Source: Patescibacteria group bacterium (lineage in GTDB: Bacteria; Patescibacteriota; Microgenomatia; UBA10105; UBA927). From it: DNA of 53,843 nucleotides. Location: positions 69,275 through 123,117 of the forward strand of contig DATKGN010000002.1 of the NCBI GenBank assembly GCA_035510735.1. Direction: 5' to 3'. Below are positions 28,542 to 36,337 of the stretch, one piece after another (the first letter of the stretch is position 1; each line of letters starts with the position of its first letter). A model generated the notes under the pieces. That model was not told the origin of the DNA. It saw only the letters and a list, made by a program, of their open reading frames with translations, and searched no databases. A program made the translations under genes and the position numbers.

Positions 28542-30041
28542 TTATTGTTTTGCTACCACACCGACGTGAACCGCGCGAAAGCGCGCAGGTGCTGCACCGT
28601 GACCGGTATGCATAAGCTGCGGGGGCTGACCTTTGCCGCAGTTCGGGGTCCCCCATACGACCCAATGATCACGCCCGCAGATAGCGTCGCAGCTGCCCCA
28701 GAAAACCTGGGTAATGCCTGCGTACGTCGCATTCTTAAGCATTCTTCCTAATTTTCCGTTTATAATTTCCCAGGCAATTTCAGTCCCGAACTGAAAGTTC
28801 TGCCGTTTATCATCAATGCTCCAGCTTTTATTCGTCGAAAAGAATATACCGTGCTTCGTATCAGCTATCAATTCCTCGGGTGTCCATGCGCGTCCCGCGC
28901 CCTCGCCTTCTCCGCCGGGTTCAAGATTGATATTGGTCATCCGTATCATAGGTAAGTGACCCCAGCCGTCTGAACGCACCGTCCCGCCGCTTGATTTATT
29001 GTAGCCGGGGACCCTTCTTTGTAAAATCGAGGCAACTTCACGTGACGTCTGATAATCGACGAATATCCCGTTTTTAATTAAGTACTTGCGCTGTGCGGGC
29101 ACGCCCTCGTCATCATAACCGAATGTGCCTAATCCCAAAGGTACCGTCGCATCGGCCGTAAGGTTTACGATATCGGATCCGTAACGGAATGTCCCGAGCT
29201 TATCGGGGGTTAAAAATGTTGTCCCTGCATACGATGCTTCCCACCCGAGCGCACGGTCGCCCTCCGTGGCATGACCACAGCTTTCATGAATCTGAAGGGC
29301 TAACTGGTTGCCATCCAGAATGATATCCATGTCCCCCGCCGGACATTCATCGGCTGTCAATAGGGCCATCGCTTCCGACGCGATTTGCTCGCCGTGCTCA
29401 ACTAATCCCATCTTTCTCACGTGTTCAAAGCCTCCGGTCACGAATTGTCCACGGAACGAATTCGGGAATGACCGGTTCTGCACTTCCGTATCACTCACTG
29501 CCGTCGCCTCAATCCCGCCGCCGCACTCGAGTAGATCCTGCGTTATCCACGATCCTTCGGTTGACGCAAATAATTTCTTTTGTTTCCAGCCGGTATAATA
29601 GGACTGGCTTATCCGAATGTTTTTCACACGGCGCTGCGCTTCATCAGCAGCGAGAAGCAATTTAACTTTCTCATCAAATGAAACGGCAAACGGGTCTTCT
29701 TTATACGGCGTCTTATATACTGCTTTAATTGCTTTTTCTTCCGTGAGCGAGACGTCTTCACCGGTGATTTTTTTGGCCGCCTGGGTAAGTTCGATTGCTT
29801 TTTTCACGGCGGCGTAAATACCGCCATTGGTCATGTCATTACTTGCGGCAAATCCCCACCGTCCGTCTTTTACCACCCGTATGCCGTAGCCGCTTGTAAT
29901 ATTACTCTCCATCGCCTCGACGACGCCATCTTTTGTCGCGATATGCTCATGGGCATACTCCCCGACTTTGATATCGCCGTAGGTGACGTGCGCCAATTCC
30001 AATGCGTCAAGTGCTGTTTTTGCAATCTCGTCCAAATCCAT
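28542..30041 (-). CDS. tldD: TldD-family metalloprotease
   Basis: HESCGHATEGD (HExxxH-type site typical of TldD) and the conserved C-terminal GxC..GQ region. Confidence 0.9.
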   Translation of the reverse strand: MDLDEIAKTALDALELAHVTYGDIKVGEYAHEHIATKDGVVEAMESNITSGYGIRVVKDGRWGFAASNDMTNGGIYAAVKKAIELTQAAKKITGEDVSLTEEKAIKAVYKTPYKEDPFAVSFDEKVKLLLAADEAQRRVKNIRISQSYYTGWKQKKLFASTEGSWITQDLLECGGGIEATAVSDTEVQNRSFPNSFRGQFVTGGFEHVRKMGLVEHGEQIASEAMALLTADECPAGDMDIILDGNQLALQIHESCGHATEGDRALGWEASYAGTTFLTPDKLGTFRYGSDIVNLTADATVPLGLGTFGYDDEGVPAQRKYLIKNGIFVDYQTSREVASILQRRVPGYNKSSGGTVRSDGWGHLPMIRMTNINLEPGGEGEGAGRAWTPEELIADTKHGIFFSTNKSWSIDDKRQNFQFGTEIAWEIINGKLGRMLKNATYAGITQVFWGSCDAICGRDHWVVWGTPNCGKGQPPQLMHTGHGAAPARFRAVHVGVVAKQ

Positions 30042-30159
30042 GATAAAATCTATTCTACTGCGGGACTAATTGAAGCGGAAGAGGGAAATTATTTCGTTTA
30101 CCCGAAGGTGTGAAGCGAGGAAGGGTACCTAGGGAGAGACTCCCGCCTACGCCAAGATT

Positions 30160-30190
30160 TCCACCTTCGCATGAAGCTTCGGTGGACCAG
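30160..30190. repeat. family-1 palindromic element, intergenic copy
   Basis: TCCACC TTCGC ATGAA GCTTC GGTGGA CCAG, between the tRNA-Leu and tldD. Confidence 0.75.
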
Positions 30191-30218
30191 GTCGGACGGG
30201 CGCTGCGAACTCTCTATG

Positions 30219-30304
30219 TGCCGCGGGTCGGACTTGAACCGACAAGAGCTTTAAGGCTCACGGGTTTTTGAGACCCGCGTGTCTACCAATTTCACCACCG
30301 CGGC
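30219..30304 (-). tRNA. tRNA-Leu (anticodon CAA), no encoded CCA
   Basis: GCCGCGGTGGTGAAATTGGTAGACACGCGGGTCTCAAAAACCCGTGAGCCTTAAAGCTCTTGTCGGTTCAAGTCCGACCCGCGGCA. 7-bp acceptor stem, 3-bp D stem, anticodon loop CTCAAAA, long variable arm (GAGC/GCTC), T arm GTCGG-TTCAAGT-CCGAC. Confidence 0.93.
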
Positions 30305-30322
30305 AAGGAATTTACCGATTCT

Positions 30323-30351
30323 CGCCTCATCGGTGAGTCGCCGATGAGGCG
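30323..30351 (-). terminator. 11-bp hairpin between the dnaB stop and tRNA-Leu
   Basis: CGCCTCATCGG-tgagtcg-CCGATGAGGCG. No U-tract follows, so terminator function is uncertain. Confidence 0.35.
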
Positions 30352-30392
30352 ACCGCCATCTTGGCAAAGCTATTTCCCTGGTGGTTATTATA

Positions 30393-31736
30393 TCACGCTG
30401 CCTTGGCGGCCTGTTGCGGATGCTCCACCCCATAAAACCGGATGCGGTCGCCGCGGAAGATAAGATCAATTTCCCCTAACGGACCATTCCGGTGCTTGGA
30501 GATCCTTAGCTTTGTCGGAATCTGTTCGCCCCATTGCATCTGGTCCGTGTCCTCCCGATACAGAAACATAACAACGTCAGCATCCTGTTCAATAGATCCG
30601 GATTCCCGGAGATCGGAAAGCTCCGGCACTTTACTGCCACGGGATTCAACCGCACGCGACAGCTGCGAACACGCCAGTACCGGAACCCGGAGTTCGCGGG
30701 CTAAGTTTTTAAAATTCTGCGAAATGATCGAAACTTCCTGTACGCGATTGTCGTAATGGCGGCCGGAATCCGCAAGCTGTAAATAGTCGATGATGATAAG
30801 ACGTACTCCCTGTTCAACCTGGAGACGTCGGGCTTTGGTGCGCATTTCGATAATATTGATACCGGGCGTGTCGTCAATATAAATAGGCGCCTCAGCAAGC
30901 TCCCCCATCGCTTCGGACAGTTTCGTAAAATCATCATCAGACAATTTTCCTGTTTTCAATTTCCACGCATCAATGTCCGCCTGAGAAACAAGCAAACGGT
31001 CGACCAGCTCCTCTTTACTCATTTCAAGAGAGAAGATCCCGACAGGGATTTTCATCTTGACCGCCGCATATTGGGCGATATTGAGGATCATCGCGGTTTT
31101 ACCGGTTCCCGGACGGGCAGCCAGAATAATAAGGTTGGAATCCTGCATACCTGCGAGGCGGAAGTCGAGATCAGAAAATCCTGTTGGTACGCCCCGCAAA
31201 CCCCCTGCTCGTTTATGAAGCTCATCAAGGCGGTCAAACGATGAGGCCAGCGCATCTTTAATCGGGATAAAATCACGCTTCGTCGCTTCCTGCGATATGG
31301 CAAATATCTGCCGCTCTGCATCATCCACAATGGAAGCGGCGTTCCCCTCGTCTTTGAATGCCAGTTCAGTAATTTTGGCCCCGACATCGATAAGTTTCCG
31401 CTTCGTATAACTCTGCTGGATGATATGACCGTACCGCTCTGCATGCGCACTCGTCGGCACCACATTCAATAACTCAGAAAGATAGGATGCGCCGCCTGCG
31501 GCTTTGAGCGTTCCGTCTTGCTTGAGTTGTGCTGCAACCGATACCGCATCAATGGGTTCATGCGCCTCATAGAGCGTCATCATTGCGGCAAAAATATTCC
31601 CATGTGATTCTTTGTAAAAGAAATCGGGCCTTAAGAATTCGGCAACATCGACCATCGCATCTTTATCAAGAAGAATGGCGCCCAGGACCGACTGCTCGGC
31701 AACTTCATCGTGCGGAGGAATTTTGGGGTTCATCAT
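30393..31736 (-). CDS. dnaB: replicative DNA helicase
   Basis: PPHDEVAEQSVLGAILLD, Walker A ARPGTGKT, IIIDYLQL, SQLSRAVE. Confidence 0.93.
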   Translation of the reverse strand: MMNPKIPPHDEVAEQSVLGAILLDKDAMVDVAEFLRPDFFYKESHGNIFAAMMTLYEAHEPIDAVSVAAQLKQDGTLKAAGGASYLSELLNVVPTSAHAERYGHIIQQSYTKRKLIDVGAKITELAFKDEGNAASIVDDAERQIFAISQEATKRDFIPIKDALASSFDRLDELHKRAGGLRGVPTGFSDLDFRLAGMQDSNLIILAARPGTGKTAMILNIAQYAAVKMKIPVGIFSLEMSKEELVDRLLVSQADIDAWKLKTGKLSDDDFTKLSEAMGELAEAPIYIDDTPGINIIEMRTKARRLQVEQGVRLIIIDYLQLADSGRHYDNRVQEVSIISQNFKNLARELRVPVLACSQLSRAVESRGSKVPELSDLRESGSIEQDADVVMFLYREDTDQMQWGEQIPTKLRISKHRNGPLGEIDLIFRGDRIRFYGVEHPQQAAKAA

Positions 31737-31746
31737 AAATATATCT

Positions 31747-31826
31747 TGTCATCGCGAGTCGAGTCTTCGAGATGTGGCGATCGATTTTTAAGGGGATTGC
31801 CGCGTCACTCCGAGCTCGCAATGACA
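31747..31826. repeat. 80-bp palindromic element with TGTCAT...ATGACA termini (family 2), intergenic
   Basis: TGTCATCGCGAG...CTCGCAATGACA (arms 11/12 complementary), with a nested GTGGCGATC/GATTGCCGC pairing. Confidence 0.75.
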
Positions 31827-31829
31827 GGT

Positions 31830-32477
31830 TTACTCCAATACAACGACCTGCATTTCGGCAGGTAATTTATCTTTGGTTATAGATAACTTCGGCTGGGGAA
31901 CGATTCCCTCTTTCCCGATTTCCTTCATGAATACGGATAGCGGAGCCAATACGTCTCCCAACTTCGGGTTCAATCCTTCAGTTTTATAGTGCATCGGGAT
32001 CACGATTGACGGCTCTATATCACGAATAATCTGCACTGCACGTGCCGCGTCAATCGTATAAAAACCACCGACCGGCACTAAAAGAATGTTGACGCCGTCC
32101 AATTCATCAACTTGCTCTGAGCTTAACGTATGACCCAAGTCTCCGAGATGAACGATGCTTAATCCGTCAATTTCTATCCGATAAATCGTATTTTTCCCGC
32201 GCACTGCACCCTTCTGGTCATCATGAAACACGGACATACCGACGACGCCGACTCCTTTGATCTCATATTCACCGGGACCATTCACAACAAACGGTGATCC
32301 CTCAACTTCCGATACGGCATTATGGTCTTTATGATCATGGGAAACCGTCACGATGTCCGCTTCCGTGTGCTTGGGAAATTTAAGTCCGACCGCCCCCGGA
32401 TCAAACGGATCAATTACAACGGTTGCCGACTTTCCCCGCAGGCGAAATGATGACTGACCGAAATAGGTAATATCCAT
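31830..32477 (-). CDS. MBL-fold metal-dependent hydrolase (UPF0173-like)
   Basis: MDITYFGQSSFRLRGK...VVIDPF...VSHDHKDH. Confidence 0.8.
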   Translation of the reverse strand: MDITYFGQSSFRLRGKSATVVIDPFDPGAVGLKFPKHTEADIVTVSHDHKDHNAVSEVEGSPFVVNGPGEYEIKGVGVVGMSVFHDDQKGAVRGKNTIYRIEIDGLSIVHLGDLGHTLSSEQVDELDGVNILLVPVGGFYTIDAARAVQIIRDIEPSIVIPMHYKTEGLNPKLGDVLAPLSVFMKEIGKEGIVPQPKLSITKDKLPAEMQVVVLE

Positions 32478-32539
32478 ATTTTTTATCCCAACATATGTCG
32501 GGATGCCGAATTTTATGCGAAATATACAATGAGCGGCAC

Positions 32540-32568
32540 TTGCAATTTATATCAGATTTGGATATGCT
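32540..32568 (+). promoter_or_regulatory. candidate promoter TTGCAA-17-TATGCT
   Basis: cTTGCAAtttatatcagatttggaTATGCTtagc, about 50 nt upstream of ATG 32619. Confidence 0.35.
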
Positions 32569-32618
32569 TAGCAACACCCAAGTAGCTAATTCACTGCCTT
32601 CAATCGTATTTTTTTGCT

Positions 32619-33062
32619 ATGAATAAAGATGCAATCTTAGCAACAATCATCGGGTTTGTCATCGGTTTATTAATTACCGGCATACTTCTTGTTGGTCCGA
32701 GACTTGTCGGCATGATACCAAAAATTTCGTTCACGATGCCGAAATTTTATACGGCACAATCAAAAAGCAAACTCACACCCACGCCGACGCCGACAATAAA
32801 CACACTGACCATCGAAAGCCCGCTTGCGGATTCCATTGAACAGGACAGCGATCTCCTCGTATCAGGAAAAGCCCCGGCTGGCTCCACCGTCGTCATCCAG
32901 GGAAATGCAACTGAGTCTATCTCGTCCGTCAAAAGCGACAGTAAATATGCAGGTAAAATTACACTCGTTGAGGGAGTCAACGAAATTACCGTTACAAGCT
33001 TCCTTTCGGGTAAACAGACAACACAAACAGTAACAGTGTACTATACCCCCGAAACATTTTAA
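32619..33062 (+). CDS. membrane-anchored extracytoplasmic protein, unknown function
   Basis: N-terminal TM segment, a TPTPTPT linker, then a beta-rich domain. Confidence 0.6.
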   Translation: MNKDAILATIIGFVIGLLITGILLVGPRLVGMIPKISFTMPKFYTAQSKSKLTPTPTPTINTLTIESPLADSIEQDSDLLVSGKAPAGSTVVIQGNATESISSVKSDSKYAGKITLVEGVNEITVTSFLSGKQTTQTVTVYYTPETF

Positions 33063-33064
33063 TT

Positions 33065-33871
33065 ATGAAACGATTTCTCACAATTAGCTGCCTTTTGTTG
33101 TCGATCGCAGGAACTGTACACGCTGCCTCGGTAAAAACGGCAAGTCCAGTAGACGCAACCGCATCTGCAGCCATAAGTCCACCTGAGCAACAAATAGAGA
33201 ATCTGAAACAACGTCTCGCAACCGGTGTTGCCCAGCTAAGCCAGCTTGAACGTAAAGCTATCGTCGGGACGGTCAAAGACGTCTCTGTATCCACAATCAC
33301 CGTCGAAACGAAAACAAGCGATATCAAAATCGAGCTCGTTGACGGAATAAAAGTTTTTCAAACGATCAAAGGCAAACGCACAACGCTTACGACTGACGAT
33401 ATTTCAAAAGGAGACACGGTTGTCGTGTTCGGCCAATATGATGCGACGCTCGATCTGTTGAAAGCCGGCGTCATTGTAATACAAGATCCTCTCCCCGAGC
33501 GAATCGCAGGCACGGTGACCGATGTCGATAAGAAAAATTACATGGTAACTGTGGCGACACCTGACGGACAATCATATATGGTTGACATCGAAAATACGAC
33601 AGCTATGCTCGGTCGTGATATTGACGATTCAGTTATCAAACGCGGATTTTCCAAATTACAGACACAGGAAACGGTGCTTATTATCGGCACGATCGAACCG
33701 AAAGTGGCCAACAGGTTAAGCGCCGTCAGATTTCTCGATATCGGAAATTTAAATGCACCTACAGCAACACCGACTCCGACACCGGGAGACACTACCCAAC
33801 AGGCAACACCGAGTGCTACCGCGACACCGAAAACAAAAGCCACAACCACCCCAACGTCAAACGGCTATTAA
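33065..33871 (+). CDS. secreted protein with Thr/Pro-rich C-terminus, unknown function
   Basis: Signal peptide MKRFLTISCLLLSIAGTVHA. C-terminal PTATPTPTPGDTT...TTTPTS. Confidence 0.65.
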   Translation: MKRFLTISCLLLSIAGTVHAASVKTASPVDATASAAISPPEQQIENLKQRLATGVAQLSQLERKAIVGTVKDVSVSTITVETKTSDIKIELVDGIKVFQTIKGKRTTLTTDDISKGDTVVVFGQYDATLDLLKAGVIVIQDPLPERIAGTVTDVDKKNYMVTVATPDGQSYMVDIENTTAMLGRDIDDSVIKRGFSKLQTQETVLIIGTIEPKVANRLSAVRFLDIGNLNAPTATPTPTPGDTTQQATPSATATPKTKATTTPTSNGY

Positions 33872-33901
33872 GTACAACATCCGGAAATACTGGGTTTTTC
33901 G

Positions 33902-33919
33902 ATATTAACGTGTTACCAT
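33902..33919. promoter_or_regulatory. operator-like site O3 directly upstream of the YerC-like gene
   Basis: ATATTAACGTGTTACCAT shares its first 14 nt with O2 (34399-34416). Confidence 0.5.
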
Positions 33920-33925
33920 GTAAAT

Positions 33926-34318
33926 ATGAAAAAATTCCGTATGGAGCAATTCGCAGAGACTCCCTCCTCGTATCCAAGCCTCCAAATGCAGGAACTTTTT
34001 CGTGCGGTTATAACCCTAAGTTCCGTAAAGGACGCATCGGACTTTTTCCGAGATTTACTGACGATGGCAGAACTCAAAGAATTCGCGAACCGTTGGCAGA
34101 TGGTGAAAATGCTTTACCAAGGCCACTCATATGCCGATATAGCCGAAAAGCTAAAAACGTCAACCGCCACGGTCACACGGGTCGCCTACTGGCTCCATAG
34201 TGGCATGGGTGGATATAAATCCGCCGCTGACCGGATGTTTGGGAAAAAATTCAAAGATACGATATCCAAAAAACCATTCAAACTCCGCGGCAAATATACA
34301 TTTCTTCAAAATCACTAA
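33926..34318 (+). CDS. TrpR-related YerC/YecD-family DNA-binding protein
   Basis: FFRDLLTMAELKEFANRWQMVKMLYQGHSYADIAEKLKTSTATVTRV matches the YerC/YecD pattern. Confidence 0.75.
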   Translation: MKKFRMEQFAETPSSYPSLQMQELFRAVITLSSVKDASDFFRDLLTMAELKEFANRWQMVKMLYQGHSYADIAEKLKTSTATVTRVAYWLHSGMGGYKSAADRMFGKKFKDTISKKPFKLRGKYTFLQNH

Positions 34319-34363
34319 GTCAATAGAATACTCTCCTACAAATAATCTCCCACAGAGGAATGC

Positions 34364-34400
34364 TTGACAGTATCATATTAACATGTTAATATGATAATAT
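34364..34400 (+). promoter_or_regulatory. sigma70-like promoter TTGACA-17-TAATAT (plus alternative TGaTAATAT extended -10)
   Basis: gcTTGACAgtatcatattaacatgtTAATATgataatat. Confidence 0.6.
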
Positions 34401-34416
34401 ATTAACGTGTTAATAC
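34371..34416. promoter_or_regulatory. two adjacent palindromic operators (O1, O2) overlapping the promoter
   Basis: O1 is a 26-bp perfect palindrome TATCATATTAACATGTTAATATGATA (34371-34396). O2 is ATATTAACGTGTTAATAC (34399-34416). Their centres are 24 bp apart. Confidence 0.7.
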
Positions 34417-34424
34417 GTGAATAT

Positions 34425-34511
34425 ATGGAACAACGATCAATCATCACATCCGATTCCTCAACAGCCGGCCTGACCGGTGTTTCCTCCTGCTGTCATCATC
34501 GCCTCATCTAA
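34425..34511 (+). CDS. 28-aa candidate RiPP precursor peptide
   Basis: MEQRSIITSDSSTAGLTGVSSCCHHRLI. It sits between the operator-controlled promoter and the rSAM/SPASM gene. It is below the track cutoff and has no clear SD. Confidence 0.5.
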   Translation: MEQRSIITSDSSTAGLTGVSSCCHHRLI

Positions 34512-34647
34512 ATCCCTTCGCGTGGCCGAGGCGAGAATGTGTTTAATCCTAATCTCTAACCCCTAATCACTAAGTTCTCATTCATTCCCCCCTTCACCAT
34601 TCGCAGGTTTTATTGGTCTGCGAAGTTAAAAAACGGTAAAAAAAATT

Positions 34648-35814
34648 ATGACTCAAATTGAACAAGGAAGTTATCCATGGAGAAACTGGGTTGCCAGTGT
34701 CACTGATATCTGTGACAATCGCTGCCCCGGGTGTTATCGGGTGGAGCAAGATTCTCTTCAACCTGCATCGGTTCAAAGCAATATGTCTTTGAGTAATTTT
34801 ATCAACATTTTAGACATATTCACTTCGCAAGGGATTCAGGATCAAACTGATGATTTTGTGGGCGGTGAACCGCTATTGAACCCGGAGGTGAGAGAGATGG
34901 TACAGATTTCTTTGGAGAGAGGTTTGAGTTCGTGGATTTATACGAATTTACGCCAAATCGCAAGAGATCCGACACTCGCACCGTTCTTTAAAAAAATGTC
35001 CGATCAATATCCCGGTCGATTAACCATCGTAGGGAAATTAAATGTTGCAAATTTAAACGATCCTACTCAACGAAAACTTCAAGCCGAACTTATCGGATCA
35101 GATGAAACAGGTGTCAACGAAATGTGGGAGGGACTAAATATCTTGCTTCGTTCTGGATTACCGAAGGGTTCAATAGGCATAGAAAATCTTATTCGGGTAA
35201 ATAATATTGAATATGCAACAGATGTGTATAAACTTGGTATACAAATGGGATTTTTCGCCGATATGGAATTACCGACTTGCCCGGTCACGGCAAACAGACA
35301 GGGTTTTCAGGAATGGCTAAACCAAAAACCAACTCGCGATCAGGTTGTGACTCTCATAAAAGATATTAATCAGGTGAATCGTGAATTTGGAATAAAATCA
35401 TTCACGCCGAGACCACCTCACTTAACAGGAAGAAATAGTGACGGTGTCGGGACCGGTTGTATTTCTTTTAAACAGGGCGCATTGCTTACCGAAACGGATG
35501 GCCGTTTAGCCCTATGTACCAGCGGGTTGCCGTTAACTGATGAAAATGGTCGACTGCTGAACATTTTCACCGATCCACTTGAAACCATCCTGAATAGTCC
35601 TGCAGTGAAAAGACGGCGGGCTAGCACTATCCAGGGTACTATTCAGGGACCATGCGGTGATTGCAGCGCATGGAATAATTGTATGGCTGGTTGTGCTGCG
35701 TTACGGGAAAGTGTTCTTGGAAACGTATTTGCTTCTTATCCATTATGCGTCTATGGGGAATGGATGAATGATGAGAAACTGACAAGGGAAGCTTTTCAGA
35801 ATATGAAGGAATAA
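34648..35814 (+). CDS. radical SAM enzyme with C-terminal SPASM domain (peptide-modifying type)
   Basis: CDNRCPGCY (CX3CX2C). SPASM pattern CISFKQGALLTETDGRLALC (CX13GX4C), then CGDCSAWNNCMAGC (CX2CX5CX3C) and a downstream Cys. Confidence 0.85.
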   Translation: MTQIEQGSYPWRNWVASVTDICDNRCPGCYRVEQDSLQPASVQSNMSLSNFINILDIFTSQGIQDQTDDFVGGEPLLNPEVREMVQISLERGLSSWIYTNLRQIARDPTLAPFFKKMSDQYPGRLTIVGKLNVANLNDPTQRKLQAELIGSDETGVNEMWEGLNILLRSGLPKGSIGIENLIRVNNIEYATDVYKLGIQMGFFADMELPTCPVTANRQGFQEWLNQKPTRDQVVTLIKDINQVNREFGIKSFTPRPPHLTGRNSDGVGTGCISFKQGALLTETDGRLALCTSGLPLTDENGRLLNIFTDPLETILNSPAVKRRRASTIQGTIQGPCGDCSAWNNCMAGCAALRESVLGNVFASYPLCVYGEWMNDEKLTREAFQNMKE

Positions 35815-35824
35815 TGTATAGGGT

Positions 35825-36337
35825 ATGTGTACTGAAATGAATCGAAAAATACTACAGAGTGCCATGAATAGATTTAATATCCTGAAGAATAATTATGCGG
35901 GCTTTCTTACTGTCGGAGTGGATAATTGGCGTGGATTCAGATTCATTTACGATACGAAGGATGTCCGTACGTGTACGAACAATTGTTCTATATGCCCGTT
36001 ATATATCACGCTTAAAAACGAGCCAGCAGGACTTTTCACCGCATCACTCATAGACGCCACGGAAGATGACAAACAACTATTTGACAACCAAAATAAACTA
36101 AACTGTAAAACATTACAACAATATAAACAGTGCTACATATCGTTTTTGATTAACAAAACGAATACGCCAGAAGCAATAAAACAAGAATTACTGCTCATTA
36201 AAAACTTTACCATTATATATTCGAGTAAGCATAGAAACTTACGGAAACTTGAATATAATTTCAGGAGAGATATCATTGAGGATACGCTAAAACTGGCTGA
36301 TGAAAAGAAAAAAATTATAATTCAACATTTTTTATGA
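35825..36337 (+). CDS. hypothetical Asn/Lys/Ile-rich protein (alternative start 35837)
   Basis: 170-aa ORF, visibly more AT-rich than its neighbours. Contains CTNNCSIC. Its stop overlaps the next ATG (ATGA). Confidence 0.6.
   Translation: MCTEMNRKILQSAMNRFNILKNNYAGFLTVGVDNWRGFRFIYDTKDVRTCTNNCSICPLYITLKNEPAGLFTASLIDATEDDKQLFDNQNKLNCKTLQQYKQCYISFLINKTNTPEAIKQELLLIKNFTIIYSSKHRNLRKLEYNFRRDIIEDTLKLADEKKKIIIQHFL

Noticed and set aside
28537-28665. N-terminal extensions in track ORFs: 27190..28665, 3105..4133, 9258..10421, 10195..11394, 41250..41972, 51271..51984.
   Set aside because: The extensions overlap the preceding gene or use TTG/GTG. Internal ATGs sit immediately after or overlapping the upstream stop and give canonical N-termini.
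34601-34623. Hairpin TCGCAG-N11-CTGCGA between the peptide ORF and the rSAM gene, considered as an attenuator or terminator setting precursor:enzyme stoichiometry.
   Set aside because: The stem is only 6 bp and no U-tract follows. It is too weak to call without transcript data.
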